NCBI GenBank assembly: GCA_963769425.1
Contig: CAVYLP010000001.1
Coordinates: 320,001-384,000 of the forward strand
Length of the DNA: 64,000 nt
DNA from: Candidatus Bathyarchaeota archaeon
GTDB lineage: Archaea > Thermoproteota > Bathyarchaeia > TCS64
Direction of reading: 5' to 3'
Part shown: piece after piece, positions 40,146 through 51,024 of the stretch
Layout of the letters: each line of letters starts with the position of its first letter
How positions within the stretch are numbered: position 1 is the stretch's first letter
Translations under genes and position numbers: made by a program
The notes under the pieces: generated by a model
What the model saw: the letters and a program-made list of their open reading frames with translations, nothing else
The model's database searches: none
What the model was told of the DNA's origin: nothing

Positions 40146-41354
40146 TCATTTGGTCAGTGTGTAGATTTGTCCATCCTGGGTGCTGAGGTAAATTTCTCCA
40201 CCGTCATCGATGCCAAACGATGTGATTCGGAGGCCACTATTCACGAGTTCACTGACCTGAATCGTTGAGTTAGTCCCTTGGGTGAGTGCCCATATTCGGC
40301 CAGATACGTAGTCGCCGAAGATGTATCGACCTTGAAGACCCGTTAACAGAGTACCCCTGTAGACGTATCCACCGATGACCGCGCTGTTACCTTGTGTGTG
40401 ATTATAGACGTAGATCGGCGCCTCGTACAGTGAGGAGTCGCAGTTGGTTTCCGAGTAGCAGAGGTTCCCCTCCATGACGTTCCAACCATAGTTCCCGCCA
40501 CTATTCACGAGGTCTATCTCCTCCTGCCTATCCTGGCCCACGTCTCCGACCCACAGGAGACCCGTCTCCGCATCGAAGCTAAACCTCCACGGATTCCGCA
40601 GCCCATATGCGTAGATCTCCTCCCTGAACCCGTCCTTGTTGCCAGCGTATGGATTGTCTGGCGGAATAGAGTAATTCATATTAGGGGTTGTGCGGTCGAC
40701 GTCTATCCTGAGTATTTTGCCGAGTAGGATGGATCTATCCTGTCCGTGATCAAATGGGTCCCCCTCGGGGCCGCCGTCGCCGACGCCTATGTAGAGGTAC
40801 CCGTCGCTCCCGAAGGCGAGTTGCCCTGCCTTATGCCATGTATTTGGTTGGGGTATCTCGAGGAGGATCTTCTCACTGTTTATGTCCACTTTAGTTTTGT
40901 CTGTTGCGTTTACGGTGAATCTAGCGACGACGGTTCGGTTCGGGTTAGGGGCAGTATAGTATATGTAGAGCTGACCATTCTCTGCGTATTTGGGATGGAA
41001 AGCTAACCCGAGTAGCCCCCATTCACCTCCGCTTAAAACTCTCGATGTTATGTTTAGGAAGGTTCCTGAGACCCAGTCTCCTGATGTATTTTTCTGTAGG
41101 AGTTTGATGGTTCCGGCCTGCTCGATTATGAATAATTGGCCTGAAGGGGCGGGTGTTCTAACGATGCCGAGGGGGCTAGTGAACTTCGTTGAATTGAATA
41201 CCCTCGTGAGCTTGATTTGCTCTGCGTTGGGGGAAGAAGTGTGTAGTATATAGAATGTGGCTATGCTTAGCGTTATGGTGAATACCAAGATGATGAGCAG
41301 GGCGGATATCCACTTGTTCAATTTCTCATCGTCGGGATTGTCTGGTGAATGCAA
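40146..41354 (-). CDS. PQQ-dependent glucose/sorbosone dehydrogenase family, membrane-anchored
   Basis: GLLGLAFHP, GQLAFG.DG.LY, YGLRNPWR.SFD, GGNYGW. Confidence 0.9.
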   Translation of the reverse strand: MHSPDNPDDEKLNKWISALLIILVFTITLSIATFYILHTSSPNAEQIKLTRVFNSTKFTSPLGIVRTPAPSGQLFIIEQAGTIKLLQKNTSGDWVSGTFLNITSRVLSGGEWGLLGLAFHPKYAENGQLYIYYTAPNPNRTVVARFTVNATDKTKVDINSEKILLEIPQPNTWHKAGQLAFGSDGYLYIGVGDGGPEGDPFDHGQDRSILLGKILRIDVDRTTPNMNYSIPPDNPYAGNKDGFREEIYAYGLRNPWRFSFDAETGLLWVGDVGQDRQEEIDLVNSGGNYGWNVMEGNLCYSETNCDSSLYEAPIYVYNHTQGNSAVIGGYVYRGTLLTGLQGRYIFGDYVSGRIWALTQGTNSTIQVSELVNSGLRITSFGIDDGGEIYLSTQDGQIYTLTK

Positions 41355-41458
41355 TCATATACACTCGATTGAGCGAGAGAGGATATCCAGAAACGAGGAA
41401 GACTCTGAAAATACTCTATATTATTATATCTTCAAACAGATCGACGCCATTTAACTGA

Positions 41459-42409
41459 CTAACTTCTTCCTTGTTCCTTCATGAGCCTGAGGGCCTGCTC
41501 GCGGGTGGGTATGGGTGCAACAGCTCCTAGGCCGGTTGCTGTGAGTGCGCCAACGGCGTTGGCGAAGGAGGCGACCCTCCTAGGAGCCCATTTCTCCATC
41601 GTTGCGAGTACGAAGGCGCCGTCGAAGGCGTCCCCAGATCCAGTCGTATCGAGGACATTAACACTGAATCCGGGTGAGGTGAATGATTCGTCACCATTTG
41701 AAACGAGACACCCCTCTCCGCCGTGCTTGACTACGACTGTGCCGACGCCGAGACGCCTCAACTTCTCAACCGCCCGTTTGGGCTCCGCAATGTTGTATAG
41801 GGTCTTCATGTCCTCCATGCTCGCGAAAACGATGTCGCTCAAGGAGAAGGCCTCCTCGCAACTCTCACGTGCGAGAGGCGTCGGCCAGAGCTTCGGCCTC
41901 ATGTTTATGTCGAAGCTGATGAGTGCTCCCTGCCCCTTCGCTTCCCTCATCGCCTGCAGAGATGCCTTCCTAAGCCCCTCACCTACAGCTAGGGTTATTC
42001 CACTGTTGTGTAATGCCTTTGCCTGCCTAACATATTCAACGTCTAGGTCAGCTGGACTGAACCTGCTTGCGGATGCTCCCGCCCTATAGTAGGTGAAGTC
42101 ATGCCCACCTTCAGGTTTCAGACTGATGAAGTAGACCGCGGTGAAGCCGGCTGGCTCCCTGATGACCCGGCTCGCGTCGACGTTCTCCCTTGCCCAGAGA
42201 TCTAGGAAGCTGGCTCCGAATGAGTCCCCGCCTAACCTGCAAATGTAGCCGGCGCTCCCACCTAAGCGGGCAACCGCAACTATGAAGTTGCTTGTGTCAC
42301 CGCCCCAGCCTCTCTTGAAGGACTCGACTGCGCCTAGGTGGCCAAGATCGGAGGCGCAGAACTCCGCCATCGGCTCGCCGATGCTGAGAATCTCAGGGGT
42401 GCCCATCAT
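41459..42409 (-). CDS. PfkB-family sugar kinase (KDG kinase-like)
   Basis: IGE, GGDTSN, FDINMRPKLW, DTTGSGDAF. Confidence 0.9.
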   Translation of the reverse strand: MMGTPEILSIGEPMAEFCASDLGHLGAVESFKRGWGGDTSNFIVAVARLGGSAGYICRLGGDSFGASFLDLWARENVDASRVIREPAGFTAVYFISLKPEGGHDFTYYRAGASASRFSPADLDVEYVRQAKALHNSGITLAVGEGLRKASLQAMREAKGQGALISFDINMRPKLWPTPLARESCEEAFSLSDIVFASMEDMKTLYNIAEPKRAVEKLRRLGVGTVVVKHGGEGCLVSNGDESFTSPGFSVNVLDTTGSGDAFDGAFVLATMEKWAPRRVASFANAVGALTATGLGAVAPIPTREQALRLMKEQGRS

Positions 42410-42485
42410 AGGGGATCATCTAATCTCTCGGATAAGCGATTGGGTGACGCTTATTACTCCAGAGGGGTAGGATCAGGGGACCGGT

Positions 42486-43358
42486 ATGAAGATCGAGGGG
42501 ATAATCACCGCATTAATCACCCCCTTCGACGACGAGGGCGAGGTCGACGAGGAGGCGCTCAAGAAGCTTATCGACTTCCAGGTGAAGGGTGGCGTAAATG
42601 GGCTCTTCCTCTGTGGGACAGCGGGGCTCGGCGCGATAATGAGGCATGACCAGCGTGTCGAGGCTTTCATGATAGCGGCGAAGCACTCTCACGGTAGGAT
42701 ACCGATTGTGGCACACGTGGGGGCACCGAGCACCGAGGAGACGGTGAGCCTCGCCAAGCAGGCTGAGGCAGCTGGGGTCGACGCCTTGGGATGCGTTACG
42801 CCCTATTATGTCACCCCAGACGATGAGTCGATGCTTACACATTACAAGGCGGTTCTGGCATCGGTGAAGCTCCCCGTTTATGTCTATAACATTCCGCGAA
42901 ACGCCGTCAACAACGTCTCCCCCGATCTAATGAAGAAGCTCGTGGAGGCGGGAATCGCAGGTGTGAAGGATAGTAGCAGGGACTTCGTCCAGGTGATGGA
43001 GTATCTGCAGGCTCTCCCGCCGACATCGACGGTGATCTGTGGAACGGACAGCTACATTCTACCCGCGCTCCTCATGGGGGCGAAGGGGGCCATAACGGGG
43101 TATGCCAACGCATTCCCGGAGATCTACGCTCAACTTTGGAAAGCCTACAAGGATGGAAAGTCGGAGGAGGCGAGGCAGCTCCAGTTCAGGGTCAACACTC
43201 TGAGGAAGCTCCTGCAGAAGCCTGCGATCTCACCACACTACGAGGCATTACGCTTGAGGGGCATCGACTGCGGGAACCCGAGGGCGCCGCTCAGGGCGAT
43301 GACGGAGAAGGAGACACAAGGTCTCAGAGAGCAGCTGACAAAGCTCGGTGTACTGTAA
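42486..43358 (+). CDS. DHDPS/N-acetylneuraminate lyase family aldolase (KDG aldolase-like)
   Basis: ALITPF, GTAG, YNIP, Schiff-base GVKDSS; divergent from the kinase gene. Confidence 0.85.
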   Translation: MKIEGIITALITPFDDEGEVDEEALKKLIDFQVKGGVNGLFLCGTAGLGAIMRHDQRVEAFMIAAKHSHGRIPIVAHVGAPSTEETVSLAKQAEAAGVDALGCVTPYYVTPDDESMLTHYKAVLASVKLPVYVYNIPRNAVNNVSPDLMKKLVEAGIAGVKDSSRDFVQVMEYLQALPPTSTVICGTDSYILPALLMGAKGAITGYANAFPEIYAQLWKAYKDGKSEEARQLQFRVNTLRKLLQKPAISPHYEALRLRGIDCGNPRAPLRAMTEKETQGLREQLTKLGVL

Positions 43359-43688
43359 AATTCTTTTATTCATGTCGGAAAAGGTCTCAGATTATCATCT
43401 ACAATCTTTTTTATAGGTTGGTTCATAAGTAAAGGTCAATCCCGCCTCGGTGAATTTCTCAGCAGCAAAACTACGGCTCAAGACGACGCTGAAAATGGGG
43501 GAGGTGAAAACGAGTTGGATAAGACTACTGTAATCTGCACTAATTGTGGGAATAGGTTCGAGACAAATTCTCCCTTCCCTAAGACGACGTGCCCGGTTTG
43601 CCGCTATAAGACGAATGTCAAAAATATTGATATGAAAGCCCACTGATAGATTGCCGGGGGTCTTTTCCCCCAATTTAAATGAATGTGG

Positions 43689-44861
43689 CTACTCGAAGCC
43701 GTGCCACATTCTCTCGAATACGCCGACGGCCTCGTCTCTGTTCATGCTCCTCGGGTTGACTGAGAGGAGCCTACCTATCCTCATTGTCTCGTCGGCCATG
43801 AGCGGTATCTCGTCGTGCTTTATGTCGAGCTCCTCGAGGCTGAGCGGGATGCCGAGGTCATTGTTGAGTCTCGCCACCGCGTTGACCGCCTCGTAGGCTG
43901 CTTCTCTGACATTCATGCCGCTGGTATCCTCGCCGAGGGCCTCGGCGACGTCCGCGAGCCTCTCGGGTATGGCGAGGAGGTTGTACTCCATTATGAATGG
44001 GAGCGCCGTAGCGCATGTGAATCCGTGTGGTAGCTGCTTCATGACGGCGAAACCGTAGGCGAGGGCGTGTCCTCCGCATGTGCTCGAGTTGGCGATCGAC
44101 AGCCCGCCGAGCATGCTCCCCATGCTCATGTTGGCGCGTGCCTCGACGTTGCTTCCCTGTGCATAGGCGAGGCGAAGGTAATCCGAGATTAGCCTCATGG
44201 ACTGTAGGGCGACGGCGTCGGCGAAGGTGTTGTTCTTCTGGGACATGTAGGCCTCGATGGCGTGGCTCAGGGCGTCCATACCCGTGTTTGCGGTGACCTT
44301 CTGGGGTAGGCTCAGCGTGAGGGCTGGGTCTATGAGGGCCGTGTCGGGCATGATGTAGGGGTGGGTTATCCCCGTCTTCATCTCCTTGTGGGTGACGACG
44401 AGTGTAGCTGTCGCCTCGCTGCCCGTGCCGCTTGTCGTCGGTATTGCTAGGAGCGGGACCCCCCTACTTGCGAGCGGGACGCCTCCCACGTAGTCTTTGA
44501 AGTCCCCTGGGTTTTTGCGCATCAGAGCGGCGACCTTCGCCATGTCGAGGCTGCTCCCCCCGCCGACGCCCACGACGGAGTCGTATTGCTTCTTCCTCGC
44601 GAACTTGGTGAGGGCCTCGGCGACGGGCATCGTCGGCTCGGGTTCGACCTTGTCCCAAATGTCGACTTCGAACCCCTCAGATGTGAGGGGGTTCTGTACC
44701 TTGTCCACGATCTTGAGCTTCATCACGGTCTCATCCGTGACGAGCAGAATCTTCTTCCCCCCGAGTTGCTTCGCCTCATCGGCGACCTTGTCTACTGCAC
44801 CGACCCCGAAGAGGGTCTTGCGGGGGGCTAGAAGCGTTCTCAGAATTCCCATGTCCGCCAT
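43689..44861 (-). CDS. Iron-containing alcohol dehydrogenase
   Basis: GGGSSLDMAK, PTTSGTGSE, DALSHAIE, HALAY, PHG. Confidence 0.92.
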   Translation of the reverse strand: MADMGILRTLLAPRKTLFGVGAVDKVADEAKQLGGKKILLVTDETVMKLKIVDKVQNPLTSEGFEVDIWDKVEPEPTMPVAEALTKFARKKQYDSVVGVGGGSSLDMAKVAALMRKNPGDFKDYVGGVPLASRGVPLLAIPTTSGTGSEATATLVVTHKEMKTGITHPYIMPDTALIDPALTLSLPQKVTANTGMDALSHAIEAYMSQKNNTFADAVALQSMRLISDYLRLAYAQGSNVEARANMSMGSMLGGLSIANSSTCGGHALAYGFAVMKQLPHGFTCATALPFIMEYNLLAIPERLADVAEALGEDTSGMNVREAAYEAVNAVARLNNDLGIPLSLEELDIKHDEIPLMADETMRIGRLLSVNPRSMNRDEAVGVFERMWHGFE

Positions 44862-44912
44862 GGCTATCTCAGGTCTCTAGCACGGCTCAGGGTTATTTCT
44901 CGTTTGTGAGGC

Positions 44913-45860
44913 TCATTCTAGTTTGAGGAGCCTAGCCGCGTTGCCGTAGAATATCTTGCCGACATCTTCCTCCCCAACCCCTATTGCGCGGACCTCCCTG
45001 AGCTGCTCGCGTAGGTAGTCGACGCTGAAGCCGCGGGGGAAGTAGCTGGAGTCGGTGCCAAAGACTATGCGGTCTGGGCCGACGGTCTCTAGACATTTCA
45101 GGAACAGATCACGGAGGGTGAGTCTGTAGGGCATCCACGCCATCCACTGGTTGCTGCCAGAGGTGTCGATGAGTACGTTTGGGCAGGCCCAGCAGAGCTG
45201 GAGGAGCTCCCGGAAGTAGCAGGCGCCGAAGTGGGGGATGACGAAGTTTAGCGTAGGGAAGCTCGCGGCTATGTCCCAGAGACTCAGTGGGTCGAGGTTG
45301 TGAAGGCTCCGCGCGGGGCCTCCCCCTCCGCCGAGGACGCCGAAGTGAATGAGCACGGGGACTCCTAGTTTCTCAGCCATCTCCCAAACGGGGTACCCGG
45401 CCTTGTCATCCACTGGGCGTGTGAGGCCCGAGGCTATGAGCTTGAAACCCCTGAGGCCAAGAGTCTTCACACCACGCTCCAGCTCCGCCGCGGCGCCCTC
45501 GGAGAAGAGGTCGTGGTGGGCGAAGCCTGTGAACCTGTCTGGGTGCATCTTGACTATCCCTGAGAGGTTGTCGTTGCCTCCACCCATGACGAAGTTGACT
45601 CGGGTCAGTCCCTTCGCGTCCATGTCGGCGATCCATCGCTCAGCCTGCTCCGAGTCGCTGTGGATCCCGGTCTCCGGGGCGTCGAATCCCCACTTCTTCC
45701 TCCACTCGTCCCTGTACTTGGCCGAGTTCTCGATGATGATCTTCGCCTTGGTCTCACCGTACCGCTGGGTGATTGTCTGAGTGTAGCCTGCCCTCGATTC
45801 GGCTCGCTGGATTGGGAAGTGGGCGTGGAAGTCTAGCACCTTGAGTCCGTGGAGGTCCAT
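44913..45860 (-). CDS. Amidohydrolase_2 family protein
   Basis: DFHAH, LIHFG, PHFG, FGTDSS. Start reassigned to MDLHG at 45860. Confidence 0.85.
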   Translation of the reverse strand: MDLHGLKVLDFHAHFPIQRAESRAGYTQTITQRYGETKAKIIIENSAKYRDEWRKKWGFDAPETGIHSDSEQAERWIADMDAKGLTRVNFVMGGGNDNLSGIVKMHPDRFTGFAHHDLFSEGAAAELERGVKTLGLRGFKLIASGLTRPVDDKAGYPVWEMAEKLGVPVLIHFGVLGGGGGPARSLHNLDPLSLWDIAASFPTLNFVIPHFGACYFRELLQLCWACPNVLIDTSGSNQWMAWMPYRLTLRDLFLKCLETVGPDRIVFGTDSSYFPRGFSVDYLREQLREVRAIGVGEEDVGKIFYGNAARLLKLE

Positions 45861-45968
45861 TGCATCAGCTCGACGGGGATTAATGGGGCATTCGCCTCGA
45901 TTTAAAGAGTTTATTCGGGCTCGGGGAAAGCGGTAATAACCCGGTTTACGCACAACGTCATCGGAGAA

Positions 45969-46460
45969 GTGATCTGGTTGTCTGAGAAAGTCGAGTCGCT
46001 TAAGTCGATTGCAAACGTTGCCCTCGGAAGGTTCGATGTGACGATGAAGGATCTCAAGGAGTCGGAGGTAGAGTGGAAGCCGGTTGAGGAGGCGAACAAC
46101 ATCAGGTGGATACTGATGCACCTCTCTCAGCAGTGGAACGTCGGGTTCCCGAGGACATTCAAGGGTGACAACAACTACAAGCCCGCGGGGTGGCCCGACG
46201 ACTACGTCGGGAGTAAGTCGATCACATATACTCAACTGATGAACGATTTGTCGAAGGGCAAGGCGGCGGTCCTCGAGGGATTCAGCAAACTCAAAGCGGC
46301 TGATCTGAACGTGGAGGTTCAATCGTACAGTGGCATGGTGAAGCGGTACGACAGGTTGTTGAGGCAGATCTCAGAGATCATCCACCATGAGGGTCAGATC
46401 GCGTACATCCGCGGCGCAATCACTAGGAAGAGGCAGAAGGACAGCCACTTTCTCGCTTAA
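45969..46460 (+). CDS. DinB family protein
   Basis: NNIRWILMH ... IIHHEGQIAYIR. Confidence 0.8.
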   Translation: MIWLSEKVESLKSIANVALGRFDVTMKDLKESEVEWKPVEEANNIRWILMHLSQQWNVGFPRTFKGDNNYKPAGWPDDYVGSKSITYTQLMNDLSKGKAAVLEGFSKLKAADLNVEVQSYSGMVKRYDRLLRQISEIIHHEGQIAYIRGAITRKRQKDSHFLA

Positions 46461-46682
46461 CCTTTTAATTACTTAATTTAAAATATTTAACTATCAATAT
46501 GTTGCTTGAATAAACATCCAGCTTGAGTATCGTTTCGTTAAACAAATGGGACTCAGTATGCTTGTTGGGTTGATATTGGAAACATCTCTACGTGCATTAA
46601 CTAGGTTAAGATATTAATATCCCATTTTCCCATCTCTCTTTTCAGCTAATATTCAAGAAAAATTTAAAAAAGGGTGCAAACC

Positions 46683-48037
46683 TTGGTCGATAAAAAAAAT
46701 ATGCTAGCGATAATATTACTAGTCTCAGGCTTGATCATAGGAGCAGGAATCGGGTACTTCACCATCCCAAAAGAGGCGGGGAAAACAATGATTCCGTACA
46801 TTCGTTGATTACCCCCCCTTAAGGAACGTCAGCTGTCAAACTTGGCTACATCGCATCGGACACGACAGCACTAGAGGTCGGCAAACCGTACCATGAGCAA
46901 ATTATAGCGGCTGACCTAAACAAATACGCTGAGCTCCTCGGATACGTGACCTCAGCCAATTTGGGCAAGGTTACTTTCTCGTACCTAATCGACGATGCTC
47001 AGGGTCAGGACAACACTCACCTCGAGAAGGTGCAGGGCTTCAAGTCCGCGGGAATCACAATACTTGAGGGTGGTGGCTGGTCGAGCCAGGCTCAGTCGGC
47101 CCTCAGCTACGTTAACGAAAATGGCATGCTGATGTGGAGCTCATCCTCAACCTCCCCAGCCCTCGCAATAGCTAACGATAACCTCTTCCGCATGTGCGCC
47201 GCCGATACCCACCTCGCACCCGCCATGGTGAACGTCATGTGGGCAGCGGGTGTAAGGAGCATCGTCATATTCCAACGCGGCGACTCATGGGGCGACGGCA
47301 TCGTCAACCTTCTGGTCCCCCTCTGGACGGCTAAGGGTGGAACGGTTGCAGGCAATAAAATCAGGTACGCGACTAATGCGACAGAGTTCGCTAACTATCT
47401 AACGGTGGCTGACCAGCAGGTTGCATCCGCCGTCGCAGCCAACGGCGGTGAGACACATGGAGTCGGTGTCGTTATGCTGGCCCTCGATGAAATCTCCGTC
47501 ATCCTCAAGCAGGTGAGCAACTACTCGAACGTTTACAACGTCCACTGGTGGGGCAGCGACGGCACGGCGAAGAACCAGAGGGCCATGGATGATGCCCCCG
47601 ATGAGGCGAACCACATCGGCTTCTACAGTTTATTAGCGCGTCCGGAGATAACCCCACTCTACAATAGCCTCGAGAATAGGTATGAGAATCTTACCAAGCA
47701 GCAGTACAGTTCCTATCAGGCTTACTCCTACGACATCTCTCTTGTGATCAGTAACACGATTTACCAGACCCAGAGCACGTCAGGCGCCGTACTGGTGCCG
47801 CTGCAGAAACCCACCGCTGATCGTACGTTTGGTGCAGCGGGCTCCTGTCGACTTGATGAGTTCGGTGACCGACTTGGCCCATCATATGATATCTGGTGGT
47901 TCGAACCCAGCGCCACCAAGGCTTCAGTGAGTCGCATAGTGGGTCAGTACAACCCTGATGCTGAGGAGATGAAGGAGGGTGAGGGGACGGTCTTCTTCCC
48001 AGTTGAAGACTTCGGACCCAGACCCATCGGGCCATAA
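46683..48037 (+). pseudogene. ABC transporter substrate-binding protein (LivJ-like), disrupted N-terminus
   Basis: TM anchor IIGAGIGYF from 46683 stops early and then frameshifts. KLGYIAS, SSTSPALAIANDNLFR and RGDSWGDG follow in the downstream frame. Confidence 0.8.
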
Positions 48038-48173
48038 AATCTATTAAAAAAATATCCATTTTTTCTTTGCTTTTCCGTAGATAAACTTGGACCTACATTC
48101 GCAGACTGTGTAATAATTCGTGCTCATCTCATACAGAGTTTTTATTCTGTATGTTTCTTTGACCTAAACACTT

Positions 48174-48677
48174 TTAGAATTTGACCTCAGTGGACTTCTT
48201 TCCCGTCAGATCCTCGATGGCGATCCAACCTATGGTTGTTCGTTCGATCTCCACGTCCTTTCCTATTCTGGTCTTGTGGGGGTCGACTTCGCCGGTGGGG
48301 GACAGCTTCTCCTGGCGGGCGAACATGAAGCTCATTATCCTCCTCTTCTCAGCCGTGTCCTTGGCGAGATGGACGGTGCCCTCGAACATGGCTGTGACGT
48401 AGAGGTGGTTGCACTTCCCCTCAACGTAGCCGTGGTCGATTATTGCCTGACCCCAGACGTGTGGGTTGGCCTTCATGTAGTCCATCTTCTTTCCCTCGGA
48501 GGCGCAGTGGAAGTAGAGGCGTCTTCCGTCGGGGTCGTAGGCGTGGCTGAGGCTGACGAGGTAAGGGACGTTGTCCTTGCACATTGCGACGGTGATGTAT
48601 TGAGTCTCCTTGAGGACCCGCTCAAGCTTCTCCGGGTCGGTTACCGCGCGGTCCATGCGCCTCATGTGGTACTTCAT
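48174..48677 (-). CDS. Pyridoxamine 5'-phosphate oxidase / NimA family protein
   Basis: MRRMDR, PYLV, LYFHCASEGKK, NPHV, LTGK. Confidence 0.88.
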   Translation of the reverse strand: MKYHMRRMDRAVTDPEKLERVLKETQYITVAMCKDNVPYLVSLSHAYDPDGRRLYFHCASEGKKMDYMKANPHVWGQAIIDHGYVEGKCNHLYVTAMFEGTVHLAKDTAEKRRIMSFMFARQEKLSPTGEVDPHKTRIGKDVEIERTTIGWIAIEDLTGKKSTEVKF

Positions 48678-49083
48678 GGGTCTTCGACTTTAATCCGGCG
48701 TTGAGTGATAAAAGGCAGGCGGGTGTGTACAGAGACTCGATAAGGGTTAGTTTTCTACACTTGATCTTCGTTTGGGACCTAAATTCAAGATGCGGTTATC
48801 ACCCAGAAGGGTTCTGAGTCAAATCGATGAAGTGATCTTAGCTACCGAGGTTTAGCCAAACATTGTAGGCAAGCTTCTCCTTACCTGAGTACGTAATCAA
48901 GCCTACTGAGTCGTCTAAGCTCAAGTCGTGCAGCTAAAACCATCCGATGACGCTGAGGCTAACTCCACGGTCCCAAAGTAGATGTAAGAGTCGAAAAGAG
49001 GGGATTTCTCGTTTAACATAGTTTTAAATGAACACTAAAATTCTAGTAATCACTAGTATGCCCAATTCATGGGTGAGGAAAAA

Positions 49084-49905
49084 ATGAAGATTGGACTTTT
49101 CACGATGCCCTACATGCGTCTGCCTCTCGAGAGTGCCTTCAAGGATGCGTCACATTTCGGCTACGACGGGGTCGAACTATGGGGAGGTCGCCCACACGCT
49201 TACTCCTTCGATCTTAAGGCAGGTGGAATCTCTGAGATCAAGGAACTCTCCAGAAAATATGGTCTGCCGATCATCGGTTTCACTCCGGAGATGAACATGT
49301 ACCCGTACAACATGATGATTGGCTCCGAGGCGATGCGACGCGATAGCCTCGATTATGTCAAGCTCTCCATGGATATGGCGAAAGAGATGGACGCGGGCTT
49401 TACTCTGATCTCCGCCGCCCACGCCGGCTATGAGGCCACACGACAGGAGTACTGGCCACGTCTGATCAAGAACCTCAGGGAACTCGCCAGCCACGCCGAA
49501 GACATCGGCATCGACTTGGTCCTGGAGCCCCTCACAATGTACGAGAGCAATGTGGTCGTCACCTGCAACGATCTAGTCGCGGCGCTGGACGAAGTCGGCT
49601 CTGAGAGGCTTTTCGGAATGTGTGACATCTGCCCGCCTTTCTGCAACCGTGAGCCTATAATGTCCTACTTTGAGAAACTGGGAAATCGTCTGCGCCACAT
49701 GCACATCATCGACAGCGACGGACAGTCGGACGCCCACATGATGCCTGGAGAAGGGAAGATTCCGTTGCGCCAGCTCTTCCGCGAGATAGAAGCAACCGGC
49801 TACGGTGGTTACTGCACAATCGAGCTGATCTCAGCCATCATGAATGAGCCAACACTGGGGTCCTCACTCGCGATCGAGCGAGTCAGGGATCTGCTTAAGG
49901 AATAG
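49084..49905 (+). CDS. frlC: Fructoselysine 3-epimerase
   Basis: Close to recalled E. coli FrlC: [61 protein letters not shown]. Confidence 0.85.
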   Translation: MKIGLFTMPYMRLPLESAFKDASHFGYDGVELWGGRPHAYSFDLKAGGISEIKELSRKYGLPIIGFTPEMNMYPYNMMIGSEAMRRDSLDYVKLSMDMAKEMDAGFTLISAAHAGYEATRQEYWPRLIKNLRELASHAEDIGIDLVLEPLTMYESNVVVTCNDLVAALDEVGSERLFGMCDICPPFCNREPIMSYFEKLGNRLRHMHIIDSDGQSDAHMMPGEGKIPLRQLFREIEATGYGGYCTIELISAIMNEPTLGSSLAIERVRDLLKE

Positions 49906-50028
49906 AAAAATCGTTGAATTCTACTTAGCCTAGATATGCTAGTTGGGTGGATCAGCTCCATGATTCTGGCTGCTTCCCGAGAATTAATCCCCTTTAAGCA
50001 AAAATCGAGTAAGGTTATTTTCGTTGAA

Positions 50029-51018
50029 CTAGATTTTGGCTGTGTTTATAGTCTCTGGGGAGAAGAAATCCTCCACCTTGAAAGGTGATTCGACTAATCC
50101 TTGCTCACTTGAATAGTTAATGAATGCCTCGAGGGTCTTACGGCTCTTTTCGACGCCGTAGGGCCAGTAGTCCTCACCCATAATTTGCGTGGTTTTCTCA
50201 AGCTCAGAGATCATCCAGGGTAGCATGTATTTGAGGGCACTTTGCGCACTCATCTCCCTCGCACAGATATCCTTACTCTCCGCGAAGGCCTTGTATAGGC
50301 TGTACGCGAGCCATGGGTGTTTCTCGTAGATTTCTCGTTTGACGACGATGAGGTGCATTATCGGGAATATTCCTGTTCGCTGATAATATTCGGTCTCCAC
50401 ATCCCGGTAGTTTGGGAACAGGCGAGTGACATTAGGTGACCTCTTACGGAAGCTATCCGGTTCCCTGGCGCCAATCAGGGCGTCGATCTCCCCGCTATTC
50501 AGCATCTCACTCAGGGTCCCGGCTTCCATGTTGGTGATTTGAAGTCCTTTGATGGGCTTGGTTTCCACCCTCTGTTTTCTCCCCGGTTCGTTGAGCCCGC
50601 CAGTGACCCATTTGATATCAGTTGGCTTTACTCCATAGTCATGCTCGAGGAAGCCCCTGATCCAGGTGTTCGCGGTCATTGTGTAATCTGGTACGCCTAC
50701 CCTTCTGCCTTTCAGGTCCTCTGGGCGCTTGATCCCCGAGTGGCTGTTGATGAAGATGGAGGAGTGGCGGAAGAATCGTGAAGGAAAGACGGGTATCCCC
50801 ACAAAGCGGTGATCTCCCCTTCCTAAGAGGATAGACATTGCACCTAGTGAGAACTCGGATGCATCGAACTCTCCGTGCACCGCCATCCTCCAGAAAAGCT
50901 CCTCTGGGGGCAGGGTGACGTAGTTCAGGTCGACACCCTCAGGCTGAACCTGACCACTCGCCAACGGCCAGGTTCGGTCGTATGGCCCACAGGCCAATGT
51001 GATTTTAATTTTCGACAA
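50029..51018 (-). CDS. 4,5-dihydroxyphthalate decarboxylase-like / periplasmic-binding-fold protein
   Basis: TLACGPYDRT, EFDASEFS, PVFPSRFFRH, TGIFPIMH, DYWPYG. Confidence 0.8.
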   Translation of the reverse strand: MSKIKITLACGPYDRTWPLASGQVQPEGVDLNYVTLPPEELFWRMAVHGEFDASEFSLGAMSILLGRGDHRFVGIPVFPSRFFRHSSIFINSHSGIKRPEDLKGRRVGVPDYTMTANTWIRGFLEHDYGVKPTDIKWVTGGLNEPGRKQRVETKPIKGLQITNMEAGTLSEMLNSGEIDALIGAREPDSFRKRSPNVTRLFPNYRDVETEYYQRTGIFPIMHLIVVKREIYEKHPWLAYSLYKAFAESKDICAREMSAQSALKYMLPWMISELEKTTQIMGEDYWPYGVEKSRKTLEAFINYSSEQGLVESPFKVEDFFSPETINTAKI

Positions 51019-51024
51019 TTTTAT

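Noticed and set aside
43395-43673. 92-aa ORF
   Set aside because: No motif; intergenic between convergent genes and overlapping a degenerate dyad-site copy.
44913-46322. 469-aa amidohydrolase ORF as given in the track
   Set aside because: The N-terminal 154 aa are largely antisense to the DinB gene; the likely start is 45860.
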